Part shown: positions 1 through 11,458 of the stretch, piece after piece
How the letters are laid out: each line of letters opens with the position of its first letter
Position numbering within the stretch: the stretch's first letter is position 1
DNA from: Amoebophrya sp. A120
Lineage: Eukaryota > Protista > Dinoflagellata
NCBI GenBank assembly: GCA_905178155.1
Contig: CAJINV010000008.1
Coordinates: forward strand, 1,488,001-1,552,000
DNA length: 64,000 nt
Direction: 5' to 3'
Translations under genes and position numbers: made by a program
The notes under the pieces: model-generated
What the model saw: only the letters and a program-made list of their open reading frames with translations
What the model was told of the DNA's origin: nothing
Database searches by the model: none

Positions 1-3000
1 ATCGTCGCACCAAGTCGAAGGAGCCCTGGCACATCCACTCCATTCGAGGACAAGTCCTTGGATAGTTTGATGCAGAAAGCTATGGATTGCAAAAATAACT
101 GGGTCTGGAAAGTTGGAACTTGTAATGCTGGTCTTGCATTCATATCAAATCTGTATTGCATGACCAACAAAGGTGGTAGCCTCTCATGTCAAACAAAAAC
201 GCAGTTTCTCATCCAGAGTTCGTATGAGAAAGCGTGCTGCAACCTTGTCATGCTTTCCTGCATAAGGAAGTGACTCCTTCTTGCACATTTTAGCATCACA
301 AAGTTCCAGACCCAGACATATTTGCAATGCATAAAAGCTTCGTTTCTGCAAGACGAAGACGCGGAGGCGGACGACCGCAGCCGCATTGTGCGCACGCGTC
401 TCGAACACCAAAAAATCGCCGACGAGATTAACGCGGCCAATTTAGGTTGGAAAGCGAAAGTGTACGACCGCTTTCTCGACAAAACCCCACGGGAGCTGAA
501 TTTGATGTCAGGCCGCCGCGCGGGGCTCTTCCCCCGGCAGAATCGGAACACATTGCAGAGCGAAATTACGCCCGACACCGATTCGGTATTTCCGCAGCCG
601 CGAAAGGTGTTATCGGGTGCACTATGGAAAGGAAGGCAAAAGTAAAAAGTACTGGAACCGTGCTTGCAGTGCTGACGTTTCTTGCGCGGACGTCAAAATG
701 ATCGTTGCAATTGGTGCAGCTGCACAAGCACAACAAAGTAAAAGTTTGTGCTCTGGCATAGTAGCAGAAGTTGTGTGGAAAGTACGAAGATCGGCCGATA
801 CAAAGACAATAACAATCACCGAAAGATCATGAAAGTAAGAAGTGCTCGCACTTCAGTTGTTGGTCAACGCAGACTCCTCTTTCGAACCGCATAATAGTCA
901 CCGAATCTGAATCAAACAACGCACAGAGCTTGTTCAAAAAAGTCCTTACTTTCCATAGAACTCGCAGCACATCCAGAATCTGGCGCTTTTGCAGGAAGAA
1001 GCGAATGGATCCGAGCTCCTCTCGAAAGCGGCGGCCGCCGCAACGGAGAAGAAGCGGGCACTTCCGAAGCAGTTCGACTGGCGCAATCCAAACGACGGCG
1101 GCCACCCGCTCATCGTCACGGAAGGCATCAACCAAGGCAACTGCGGCTCTTGCTACGTCCTGTCGGCGACGCAGGCGCTCAACGCCAGGCTGCGCGTCAA
1201 GAAACTGCGGGAATTGAAGGCCAAGGACGCAAGCGACGCGGAAATCCACACGGCGCTCAAAAACAGCCAGAAGTTCTCCTACGAACATGCCCTCGGCTGC
1301 TCCGAGTTCAATCAAGGCTGTGATGGCGGGTACAATTCGTATTTTTGTATAATCGTGCAGGTGGAGGTAGGTACAGGTAGTGGTTGTGCAAGGGCTACAC
1401 CCAAAAAATGTGTACGTACTTGATGTTCCTTCATCTAGGTTGTGCGTGATTTGTGCTTTTTCTCTACTCACGACAAGCCCGCATTTCAAGTTATGGAAAT
1501 TCTTCTGACATCGTATTTGTATTTCACTTTCAGAGTTTTGAAAAAGTAAAAGATAGTAAATGGCAATGCATGAAGGAAGCTGAGTAGATCAGCCCAAAAA
1601 TTTTTCCATAATCAACCAAAGAGCCACGACTTGTCTTATCTTGTACGAAACTCTCAGGTACAGCCACCTGTTTGGTCAGTGGTCGCGGTTGTTTGGCCTG
1701 GCGCCCGCAGACGAGGAGTGCACTCCGGAGGGCGGATGGGGCGACGGTTCGGAGTGCAAGCCGATCCCTGCCTCTTGTCCGCAAGAGAAGTATCCACAGT
1801 AAATTTCCCGTACGCGTACAAATGCTGTCTCTGCATGACAACCTTTTTTTCCAATCCTATTCAGCATGACAAGTGGCATCCGAAGCTGCTTGCGGCGACG
1901 GTGCAAAGGTTTTTGATGTGGTGCAGTCGGGTATGCATGACAAGTGGCATGCTCCAACTTACGAAAATTTCTCAAGCATTTTGTACATGTACAGGAAATT
2001 TGTATTGCATAAGAAGCTGAGGTACCGCACGAAGGACGTCCACTACGTCGGCGTATCAAAGCCTCAGAATGGAAATCCTCAAAGTGGAAATAATTTGCGA
2101 TGCATGAAATGCAGGGCAAAAAAGACTGTATTGCAGAGGACGCAATGGAGACCGACCATTGTCCTGCTAGGGGTGACGAATTGGAGTGCTGCTTGGCACG
2201 AGAGAAGGGCACCACTTTGCCCCAACCTGCATGACAGACATGCTTTAAGGGCCCGGAAAATTTGTCATGCGCCGACTACAAATGGCGTCTGAGCTGGATT
2301 CGTTTTTTGCATTACAAATTATTTCCACTTCGAGGATTTCCAACCTGAGGTTTCATACGGCGGTCGCTACTTCTACTCGGACGAGGAAAACATCATGCAG
2401 GAGTTGTACGACAAAGGACCCTTTGTGCTGGGGTTCGAGCCCGACAACGCCTTCATGTACTACGAGAGCGGGATTTACGGCAAGACCCGCGGCATCGACT
2501 CCCTGCACCATTCGATGGACCCAAATTGGGAAAGAGTGGATCACGCGGTGGTAGAACAAGCTGAAGCTTTGCACCACTTCTATGCTATAGTGACTGTGGT
2601 TTGTTTGCCTCTGGCCCTGGTGTTCATGATCTTTTAGCTTTTTATCTGCAGGAGCGTTAACAAGATCAGATGTATTTGATGATTGATAATTGGCCTATGA
2701 TGACGGCTCCGAAGCGCTTTGTTGAGTCGGGTTGCGAGCAGCACGAGCAGCTGCGATCTTGTAAAAGATTGACCTAGTCTGTTGAACTACATCGCAGTAA
2801 CAATATCCAGGTTTTGGTCGGCTGGGGCGAGGATTCGAGCGGAACGAAGTACTGGGTCCTGCAGAATTCGTGGGGCGACTCCCTCGGGGATGGTTGGGGC
2901 GAAACGGATCCGTACCTGAAGGAGGCGGATGCGCCGGTGCGCACCGGCTTTTTCCAGATAAAGCGCGGAGAGAATATCCTGGGTATCGAATCTATTGCCG

Positions 3001-3071
3001 AGGCGGCAGACGTCGAGGAGCTTACTGCCGAGCAAGCGGAAAAATCGATCAACTTTATCAGAGAGGAGTAG
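1..3071 (+). CDS. Cathepsin C / dipeptidyl aminopeptidase (DPAP)-like papain-family cysteine protease, 5' end outside window; exons approx. <1-80, 339-585, 995-1329, 1658-1790, 2017-2053, 2363-2550, 2811-3071
   Basis: Motifs LPKQFDWR, NQGNCGSCY (catalytic Cys), CSEFNQGCDGGY, YVGGRY..IMQELYDKGP, DHAV-VLVGWG (His), LQNSWG (Asn). Three GT-AG introns plus three introners join in frame. Confidence 0.9.
81..333. mobile_element. Introner, family F1 (TIR ~TATCAAATGCAAAAATGTCTGGGTCTGGAA)
   Basis: TAT...ATA ends, imperfect TIR, 5-bp direct repeat AAAGC; removal gives MQKASFLQ in frame. Confidence 0.85.
1791..2011. mobile_element. Introner, family F4 (TATCCACAGTAAATTTCC)
   Basis: DR AGAAG; removal gives PQEKLRYR. 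Confidence 0.85.
2054..2357. mobile_element. Introner (TATCAAAGCCTCAG...CTGAGGTTTCATA; F5-related)
   Basis: DR CGGCG; removal gives HYVGGRY. Confidence 0.85.
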
Positions 3072-3427
3072 TATAACCGCGGTCCTCGCAGGGTTCTTGA
3101 GAGTTGCGGAAGATGAACGGCACGGCTTTTGTTGCTCTTACTTCTTCAGTACAATTTCCTTAGTAAATTTTTTCTAATCAAAATGCAGATGCGAAATCTT
3201 CAGTTCTTGTCTAAGCCACTTCTGTGTAGGTCGTATGCTGTCTTCAATTCTGAACAGTTGCAACGCAGGAAAGTTGTACAAGACCCAGTCTTGCTCTGGT
3301 TGGGCTCAGTGGCCGCGTTGACGAGGCAGCTTCCATTTCTATCTAACTAAGAGTCGGCACTTACTTTTTGTTTTTCTAGACTCTATCTAGCAGTGGCGAG
3401 GGGATCTTGTTTCTTCCTCAGAATTTG

Positions 3428-6400
3428 AATTGAATGCTAACATGATGACAAAACCCAAAGTACAACACATAGCTGGACGAGCGAGTTTGTGGCGCGACGA
3501 CTGGACCTGGTCCTGGTGAGGTGGCCCTCAAGTTCTCCTTCGGAAAAACTAGGCAGCTCTGGTTCGGAGAGCAGGGCGTCAGGGCTCAGGGACGCGGGTT
3601 TGGCTCCCTGGCAGGCACGGCAGGACTGCATCTTTATTATCATTCAAGGATACGGAAGGAATAGGAAATGGTAAAGGAATAGGTAAAGGATGGACATCAT
3701 GGTGGCAGGAGGAGTACGGCGGTTTGCTAATGCTCGCGCGCACGGTCTGGCTAGGACTAGGAGGTCAGCGCAGAGCTTTTCCTTTTGACTTCTGACTTTT
3801 CTGCTTATGATTTCTTATTTCTTCGCTAGGGGGTGGAAGCACTGTGGGTGCTGGCTAGGATGACAGAGCTCGCATTTCGCGGCTTCGGTGGTACATACGG
3901 GCTAAGTTAGCGAAGGCTTCGGAGGCAGGCTACTCACCTTGTCACACATTCAGTGGCATACCTGGCACAAGGAACCAGAGGCTTTTTTATCTACGGACAG
4001 GGCAGTCCCTGACGGCTGGCTGGTGCAGGGCTTACTTACTCTCTCGCAGGGCGTGAGGCTGCAGGATTTACATCGACTTAGGAAGGGGCCCGCATGGTAA
4101 GGCATTAAGCAAACACGCTTCGAAGGTAGGGCCAGGGACAAGAATCAGGGAACAGGCAGGCTGCAGAGATAAGGAGAAGGACAGGACCTGCTGTGGGGCA
4201 TGACGGCTGAGTCCGTGGCTATTTTTGGTGGCGTCGAATTCATGGCGGAGGGAAGTTGCTTTGGGGCACCAGGGCGCTACTAGGAAGTTCGAATGAGACG
4301 GGTTAGGACAGCCCGGTAGCTCCGTTGATTGTTTACTCCAGGCACGGACGACGCGGATATCGCAGCAAGGTTTCGCTCAGTCAGCTGCCTGTTGTATTGA
4401 GCAGGACCCGAGGGCTCTTGCCATGAGGTTCCTCGCTGCTAGGGGGTCTACCTTTCCCGGGTCAGGAGGGGGCCGCGTGCCATTTTTTTGCGCGGCGCAA
4501 GTTCGTTGTACTTTTAGGGGCTGTTGTATGCCTCGGATTCCAAGTCGAAGTCCAGGGCGCCTTGGCGGCTCTTAGGTTGTGGTGCGCCACAGTCTCCTGT
4601 TGATAGGTTTGCTCGGATATCTCCTTTACTGCGTTCGGCAGGCTGCACTACCCTCTGGCTTCCGGGTGTGTTATTCCGGCTATGATTTGGGTAAGGTCTC
4701 TTTCGCATTTTTGGGCGGCGGCTTTGGCGATCTTCTCCGCGGTACTTGTCCGTGTTTGTCACTCGGGATGCTACGTTCGTCACTAGCTCGGGTCTGAGTC
4801 CATTTCCACTTCCGTCGTGTTGCACTAATGTCTCCGAAAGGCTTCGGAGGTCGCGCTGCTCCCTGTTGGTCTGCTTCCTCACTTAGGGGGTCAATTTCGG
4901 GTCGATCGGCGTCGTTGGGCCCTGGGTAATATGGGCAAGTCGGCTTTAGTCCCTTCACTTTTATCGGAACTGGGGGCCTACCGGGTTTACGGCGAGCGCC
5001 AGGAGGTGCGCGCGGGTGCCACTTGTTCAAGTGGTCTATCATGTGCCGGGATGTAGGCCTTGTCTGGGGGTGTAGTTGTTCTCTCTCACCGTGCCATCCC
5101 TTGTTTATTTTTGGAACCCCAAGGCACGGTGGTCAGCGGTGCTACGGCTTACAGGTTGAGGTATGGACCCGTGTAGGACGTCAGCGTCCTGGCTCAGTTT
5201 GCTGTTTGAAACATGGCCGGGCCGTTGAGCTATGAGTGCGGCGCGCTGGTTATTCAAATTGGTTCCGCCTTTGCAATTCTTGTCCAGCACCACCAGGAAT
5301 GGGTTTTTGCGGGCTACCGGGACTTGGGGCGCGACTCGTTAGCTATAGGCTGCTACGCCGATGGCCTTCAGGGTGCTCGAGGTTGCGTCTTTGACGGTTT
5401 TGTATCGAACGGTTGAGGCGCTTTTGTTGCTTTTGGCCTTGGAGGATGAGGGCTAGCAGATCCCTGGTAAGCTAATGCACGGCGGCACGACTGGACCCGC
5501 ATTCGAGGCGGGGGTCGTGCCATGGTTCTTAATTTTCTTTCGATCCCGCCCACCCACCCGGTGCGCTGTTTCCTCGTGCCCACGTGGTTTTCGTGGTGAC
5601 AGAGGATACATCTTGGGAGGGGCCTTGAGACATCCCTGGCGACTGTCTCTACGGTGAGGGACCGAGACGCCCTTGCCCTCTCTCCTCCGATCACGCCATA
5701 GGGCGTGTCGGGTGGCTGGTCAAGTTCGATAGGACGATAGGAACGAAGCGAAATTGAATGCTAACATGATGACAAAACCCAAAGTACAACACATAGCTGG
5801 ACGAGCATATGATAGCTACTGCTAGCTGACACAATACAATAGTTTTGGTCTGCCTCATATGAGCTAGCTGCTAGGCCGGGGGGGCGGCCTGGTTTTAAGT
5901 TAAGCCACCTGTGCTCGGCTGCGTGTGGGCCCTCTGTGCCGGCGATTGGGGTAGGTCGTGAGTGGGACCTGTATTCTAGAGCGCTGGCCGACGCCCCTCC
6001 CCCGGCTAGTGCGGTAGCTCGGGCAGAGGGGGAGGGCGCACCCGCGCCAGACCCCGGCGGCAGGCGCAGCAGTAGGTAGGTCGGGCAGGTGATGCTAGTG
6101 CAGCACCTGCCCTCCCTGGTCGCCGGGCAGGTGTAACACTTGCCCGGACCGGAGGGATCAGGGCAGTGTGGTGGCGCGGATCAGCCGCGCCACCACACAA
6201 CGACAGCAATAGGTGGACCGGGGAGACCGCCTAGCCCTGATTTGCGCAGGCGGCCGACACACCTCAGGAGGCAGGCCGGGCAACCCAACACTGGCTCCCG
6301 CCGGCCCGCCACTATCCTGGTAGGTAGGTCGGGCACTTGGCCTAGCTGGCACCGGTCGGGGCCAGCTACGGGCCGTCGGAGCCAGGCCCGGAAGGCCGGG

Positions 6401-9400
6401 CTTGTTTTCTGATCGCCGCCAGCGACGCACAGCCCAGACCCGCCGTCTGGTAGGTAGGTCAGGTAGGGCGCGGCCGCGGAACTCGAAGCGCCGCCAGCTC
6501 CACCAGCCAGAGGGCGGGGGTAGGTAGGTCGGGCGCGTTGCAGTCCCCCGGCCCGGGCCACTTGCAGTCAGCGGCACATGGTAGGTAGGTCGGGTAGATG
6601 GGTCGGGGACCTATGACCCCCGCCAGCCACAGAGGTCAAAAGGCAACCGGGTGGAGTAGGTAGGTAGGGCTAGTGCGGAAATTTTTTGGCTTCTGTTGGG
6701 CGCCTCTAGCTGGCATCAGCCCGCCCTACCTACTGCACGGCATTGCCTGCATGTAGTTGGCGCCAGTCGGAAGCGAAGCCTCGACCTTCCCGACCTAAAT
6801 GCACATAAGTAGGTAGGTCGAGTAGATCCGGGAATGTTGCCTAGCGGCAGGCAAGGGCCGCGCTCCATAGTAGGTAGGTCGGGCGGGTCGGGGATCTCTC
6901 ATCTGCGCCACCCGCATACACAGCGACTACTAGTCGCTGGCAGTAGGTAGGTAGGGCAGATCGGAGATCATCTCTGACCCGCGCGAGCTAGCGGCGCCGG
7001 GCGGAAGTAGGTAGGTAGGGCACGTCGGGACTTGTTGAAAGGGAAGGAACCTGCTAAGAGATAGGGCGGGCCGTAGGTAGGTAGATGGGCGCCCTGTGAT
7101 CCGCACCAGCTACGGAAGCTAGTCACTAGTAGGTAGGTAGGGCGGCTCGAGACCTATGCTCTGTGGCAGCTCGGCCGATAGTAGAAGGTAGGTCGGGTAG
7201 CTCGCCTCGCGCTGAGACGTGCATGACTGTGGCCGACCCGATGACGGTAGGTAGGTAGGAGGGTAAAGTCACGGGAGGAAAGACACTACGACCACGCTCG
7301 AGGTAGCTAACGCCAATGCCATCTAGTTCACAGCATCGCCGTACTTAACTACCTACCGACCTACCGAAAAGGGCCTGCCGGGTCTGGCCTATTGCTAACA
7401 TGATGACAAAACCCAAAGTACAACACATAGCTGGACGAGCGAGTGCGACACGTAGCTGGCTACCTTTGAGCCCTGCGGCCGCCATCCCGTTGCCCCGCAC
7501 GCCGACAACACTCGCCGCCCCTCTGGGGTTAAGGAAAAGGCAAAAAAACACGAGCGCGGTAAGCTCTGGAGAGGGTTTGCCTGCGATGAGGTAACTGCCT
7601 TCGCAATATTGCGCTGGCAAATGCAAAGCACACGCACGGCGCGGGCTAGGGCGAAAAAAAGACGCTCCGCCCGTTCGCAAACGATGCCGCGGCCTCTTCC
7701 GTGAGTTCCTCTAGAGGCTTGCCCTTCCCGTCTTCCATAGACCCCCATTGTGGGCTGCGGTTCCCGACATCCTGGCAAGCCCCACGTCGAACGCACTCGC
7801 CTCTTGCTCATTTCAGAAAATGAAAGGCCGGATCCACCCCCGGACAAAAAAGAAGCAAACGGCCTTTCGGCTACCCCTGAAAGGCCTTTTTTGGGTACCC
7901 CTCGTAGCATCGGGGGAAGCGCAAAAAAGGGCGTTTTTGGCTACCCCTCCTGGGTACCCCTCCCGGAGGGGTGACACGAACAAGACATCAGGCCAAGAAA
8001 CACGTTTTGCAGGAGTGCGAAAGCACCAGTTGCGCGCCGTTTTTGTCAGTGCCCGCAAGCCTCGCGGGCGAGGCTGTTTGTTCAGTTTTTCCGCGGTGCT
8101 TCGCGGCGCAGCCGGGAGCCAGCTCGCAAAGAAGCTTTGTGCGCTATGTAGATGCAGCCGGTTTCGGGGTGGTGCGCCTGAGCACAGAAGAACGGCGCCT
8201 GGCCCGTATGCAGAGGGGACTCGCCACGCTGCGTCCATGTGAGTCCCCCGGGGGTGTCTTGCGAGTTCGACAGCCAGCGCCCCCCGAAGGGACGAAGGGT
8301 GGGCACAGTGGCTAGCGTCCTTCCCATCGTACGGTGTCCATTTTTCATTTGGCACTGCATCGACGCAAGCAGGGGGCAGAAGCTCCGGGCGACAAGAATT
8401 CTCCCCGCAGACTCTGTCGGGGCAGCCCCGCCAAGGTCCGCGCATTGCGCCTGCTTGCTGGCACAGTCTCCGGACGTGCCCGGCGTAGCTCATAGGCTCG
8501 GCGTGTGTATTCATCTAGCTAGCTTCTTAAGCATGACAAAGCGACCAAGAGCGCGTCGCGACCTCATCAGAAACGCTCAGCGGAGCTCTATGACGCCCCG
8601 TGAGGACCCTGAATTTTTTTTCCACTTTTGAGAAATCCGTACTTAGTATCGCCATAAAACCAAAAGTACAACACATAGCTGGACGAGCGGTGTGTAGCTG
8701 CAAGGCTTTGCCGGAAGGTGGCTGCCCGAGCCCTCCTTCCGGCGCCCTCCAGGCATTCTCTTGTGGGGTGTTTTAAGTCGTCGTCGATGTGGCGCCACGC
8801 TAGGGCCAGCTCGGAAAAGGAAGGGCATTAGGTCCGCGCCCGGCTTCGCATAGGCCAGGGCGCAAGAGGTTTCGGGCCCTGGACAAGCAAAGCCAACAAA
8901 GCTGAGCGCCTTCGCCGTGGTTCGGCAAGCTGGTTGCCCTTCGTGAAGTGAAGCGCCTCAACTCCGGCCAATTTTGTAAAACCCGCCCCCGACTGCGAGG
9001 TGGCTCGAGGCGGGACAAATGACACGGCCCCACGTGGATGCCAGCATAGGCAGGCTCCTCCCGCTTCGGCCTCTGGGGCAGGTAGGTCTGCAAGGGTTGA
9101 GCGGCCTCAGCTCAGAAGGGGGCGATGGGCTTTGCCTTCAAAGCTGAAGTGCCTCGGGTCTGGCCATTTAGAAGAAAGCAGCGTGAGGGCCGGGGCCGTT
9201 TCCGGGTTGGGACGAGGGGCGCGTGGGTTCCGAAGCATGTGGCGTAGGTTTGGAAGGATGGGGCCCGGGCTCCGGATGAGGGCGCTTGGGCTGTGGAAGA
9301 AGTGGTCTGGGTTCCGCGTGAAGGGGGCCGGGGCCCACAGGAGAAGACCTGGCTCAGGGAGTAGGCGGCTGAACTTGTAGAGGAGGTGGACTGGGTTGGG

Positions 9401-10370
9401 AAGGAGAAGGCTCGGGCCCCAGGGGAGGTAGCGGGGGTTGGGGGAGGAGGTAGTTGGGGCATCTGCTGGCGCTAGTGCAAATTTTCCGAGAGCCTAAATA
9501 CACAACAAACTGCTGGTGCAATGCTCACATGAATTTCCGAGAGCCTATACATGATGACAAAACCAAAAGTACAACACATAGCTGGACGAGCGGGGTTTGT
9601 TGAACATGAAAGTGCCGCGCTAGAATCGCGGTCATCTCTTTCACGGACCACTCTTCAATCTCATGCGGCTGCGAGCCCATGTTTGAGTGGGCTTCTTGGT
9701 GTTGGGTCCTAAAGGCCTGAAGATAAGGGCCTCGACAGCAGGCCGCTTCCCTTTAAAGCCCTCGAGGCAGAGTCTCTGGGGCAAAACTCCGGGTGCGGGA
9801 CAGCTCTCTACAGTGGGTGGCGCTAGCGGGGCTGGTAGGGGTACCTCAACACGGGAGGGGCCTGCCACTATATACACCAAAAAGACTCACTTTCTATGGT
9901 TCTTGGCTACTTGGATTGCGAATCTGTCATGCTAATTATGGTCTATTCTGAAACAACCTCAAATCAGGTTCACCGAAGCACTGCTGTATTTGGACACCGA
10001 GGATAAGGCCAAGCTCGTCAACCGACTAGGACTTCATGTACGTACAGAATCCCCTGGTGTTACGAGGTGGGGCCAGAGTGGTTCATCCTGGTCTACTGCT
10101 GGTCGCTGTCCGGTTCCGGTCCCGAGAATATAAACTACCTGCCTCCTTAGCTACTTAGTTAACTTGAAGCAACCGTAGCTAGATTATATCTACATAATTT
10201 GCAATACAAACATCAACCGACATCAGGTACCGCGGGGTTCGACAGCTCAAATATTTTTTTACTTTTACTAAGAAAAAATTCGGTGTTTTTTCGGCATATG
10301 TGTAACAGATACAGTTTTTTTCTTCGATAAAACCAAAAGTACAACACATAGCTGGACGAGCGAGTGCGAC
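3428..10370. repeat. Array A: six direct copies of a 33-55 bp joint (core AAAACC(C/A)AAAGTACAACACATAGCTGGACGAGC) at 3428-3482, 5752-5806, 7393-7449, 8656-8689, 9549-9592, 10327-10370, separated by unrelated 0.7-2.3 kb segments
   Basis: Copies read directly; core identical except one position; intervening segments show no evident mutual similarity and no recognisable intact gene. Confidence 0.9.
6071..7366 (+). repeat. Periodic array of (A/G)GTAGGTAGGT(C/A)GGGC motif with unique spacers, period ~55-75 bp
   Basis: Copies at 6071, 6319, 6449, 6519, 6580, 6655, 6808, 6869, 6942, 7006, 7072, 7128, ~7185, 7246; inverted copies at ~6723 and ~7348. Confidence 0.9.
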
Positions 10371-11458
10371 GAGGAGCACATCAACATACGGTCGCGGTCC
10401 TGCAGGTGTCTCGCTCTTCCAAGAAGGGCGGGGCACTCGGGCTAAGGAAAGACGAGGACAAGCTGCTCCTTATCCTTTTTATCCAATGACAATATAGTAC
10501 GTAGTTTCCACCACTTCATGCGTCACTCAGACTCACCAGAAGAGCAAGTGCATGAACCTGTACAATGTTTGAACTGATGCAATGGCAATCAATCTGCTTT
10601 CACGACCATAATGAAAGAGAAAGACGGGAAACAGCAGAAGAATCGAACAAGTAAAGTAGAAACATCTTACTTGTGTCGCGACTTCTGGCACGAAACAGTT
10701 CCTACCTGTGGTGCCCTACCCATCGAGTATTTGGAATTGGGGTTCGTTTGCACTTGTTTACGGACCTTGAGTACTAAGTCGCACGAAAACATAAGATGCG
10801 AACACGTAGACGTACGCAATGCGTCGAGCATTCTGGCATATAGTCGTCGTTGTCGATGCGTAGGCTTGTTTCTTCGTCATCGTGCTTTTCCTTAATTTTT
10901 TGTTTAATGTCGTCTTTTCTGCGACTTTCACCATCAATCCTCATGTATCTTGTGACAGAGTGACAAAGACGAGGACGACAACCACTTCTACTACCATTTG
11001 TGGTCTACAACTCTCACGCATTCCGGATTCTGATCGGTGGCAAGAGCCGCCGCCCTCGCCATCTCCAGGAGCTAGTTTTACAATTCTGTTTATTTTCCTG
11101 GCTGCCGCTGCAGCACTTGCAAGGATATCAATTTGAATTTGTACTTGTAACAGCAGACGCGGTTGGTCGGGCAACTCCTAGCACAGATACGGGTAAATAA
11201 TGACATTTCGAGGTGCGCCCACATTCGCACTGTCGCTGGGCCTGCTGCATGAATCTCCGATGCGCAGTTTCTTTTGCTTCTGTCATGAGGCCACAGAGAG
11301 CAATTAGTCTCTATGTTGGCCGTCGCACTTTTCTTTTGGCATGAAATCAAAAGACCGCATCCACGTGCAGCTCTTCATCGAGTCGGAACCTTTATCTCCG
11401 ACCTGAGCTCCATCGGAACTGCGACTGTACTACTACATCCATTTACATTATTCAAAAG

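Noticed and set aside
3441-3482. Joint A as a C/D snoRNA or spliced-leader gene
   Set aside because: The ATGATGA box is absent from two copies and no consistent CTGA D box follows; the sequence does not resemble the dinoflagellate SL (CCGTAGCCATTTTGGCTCAAG).
3428-10370. Calling array A or the 16-bp motif array a CRISPR
   Set aside because: Eukaryotic context, no cas genes; spacers are kb-sized in one case and repeats are too short and variable in the other.
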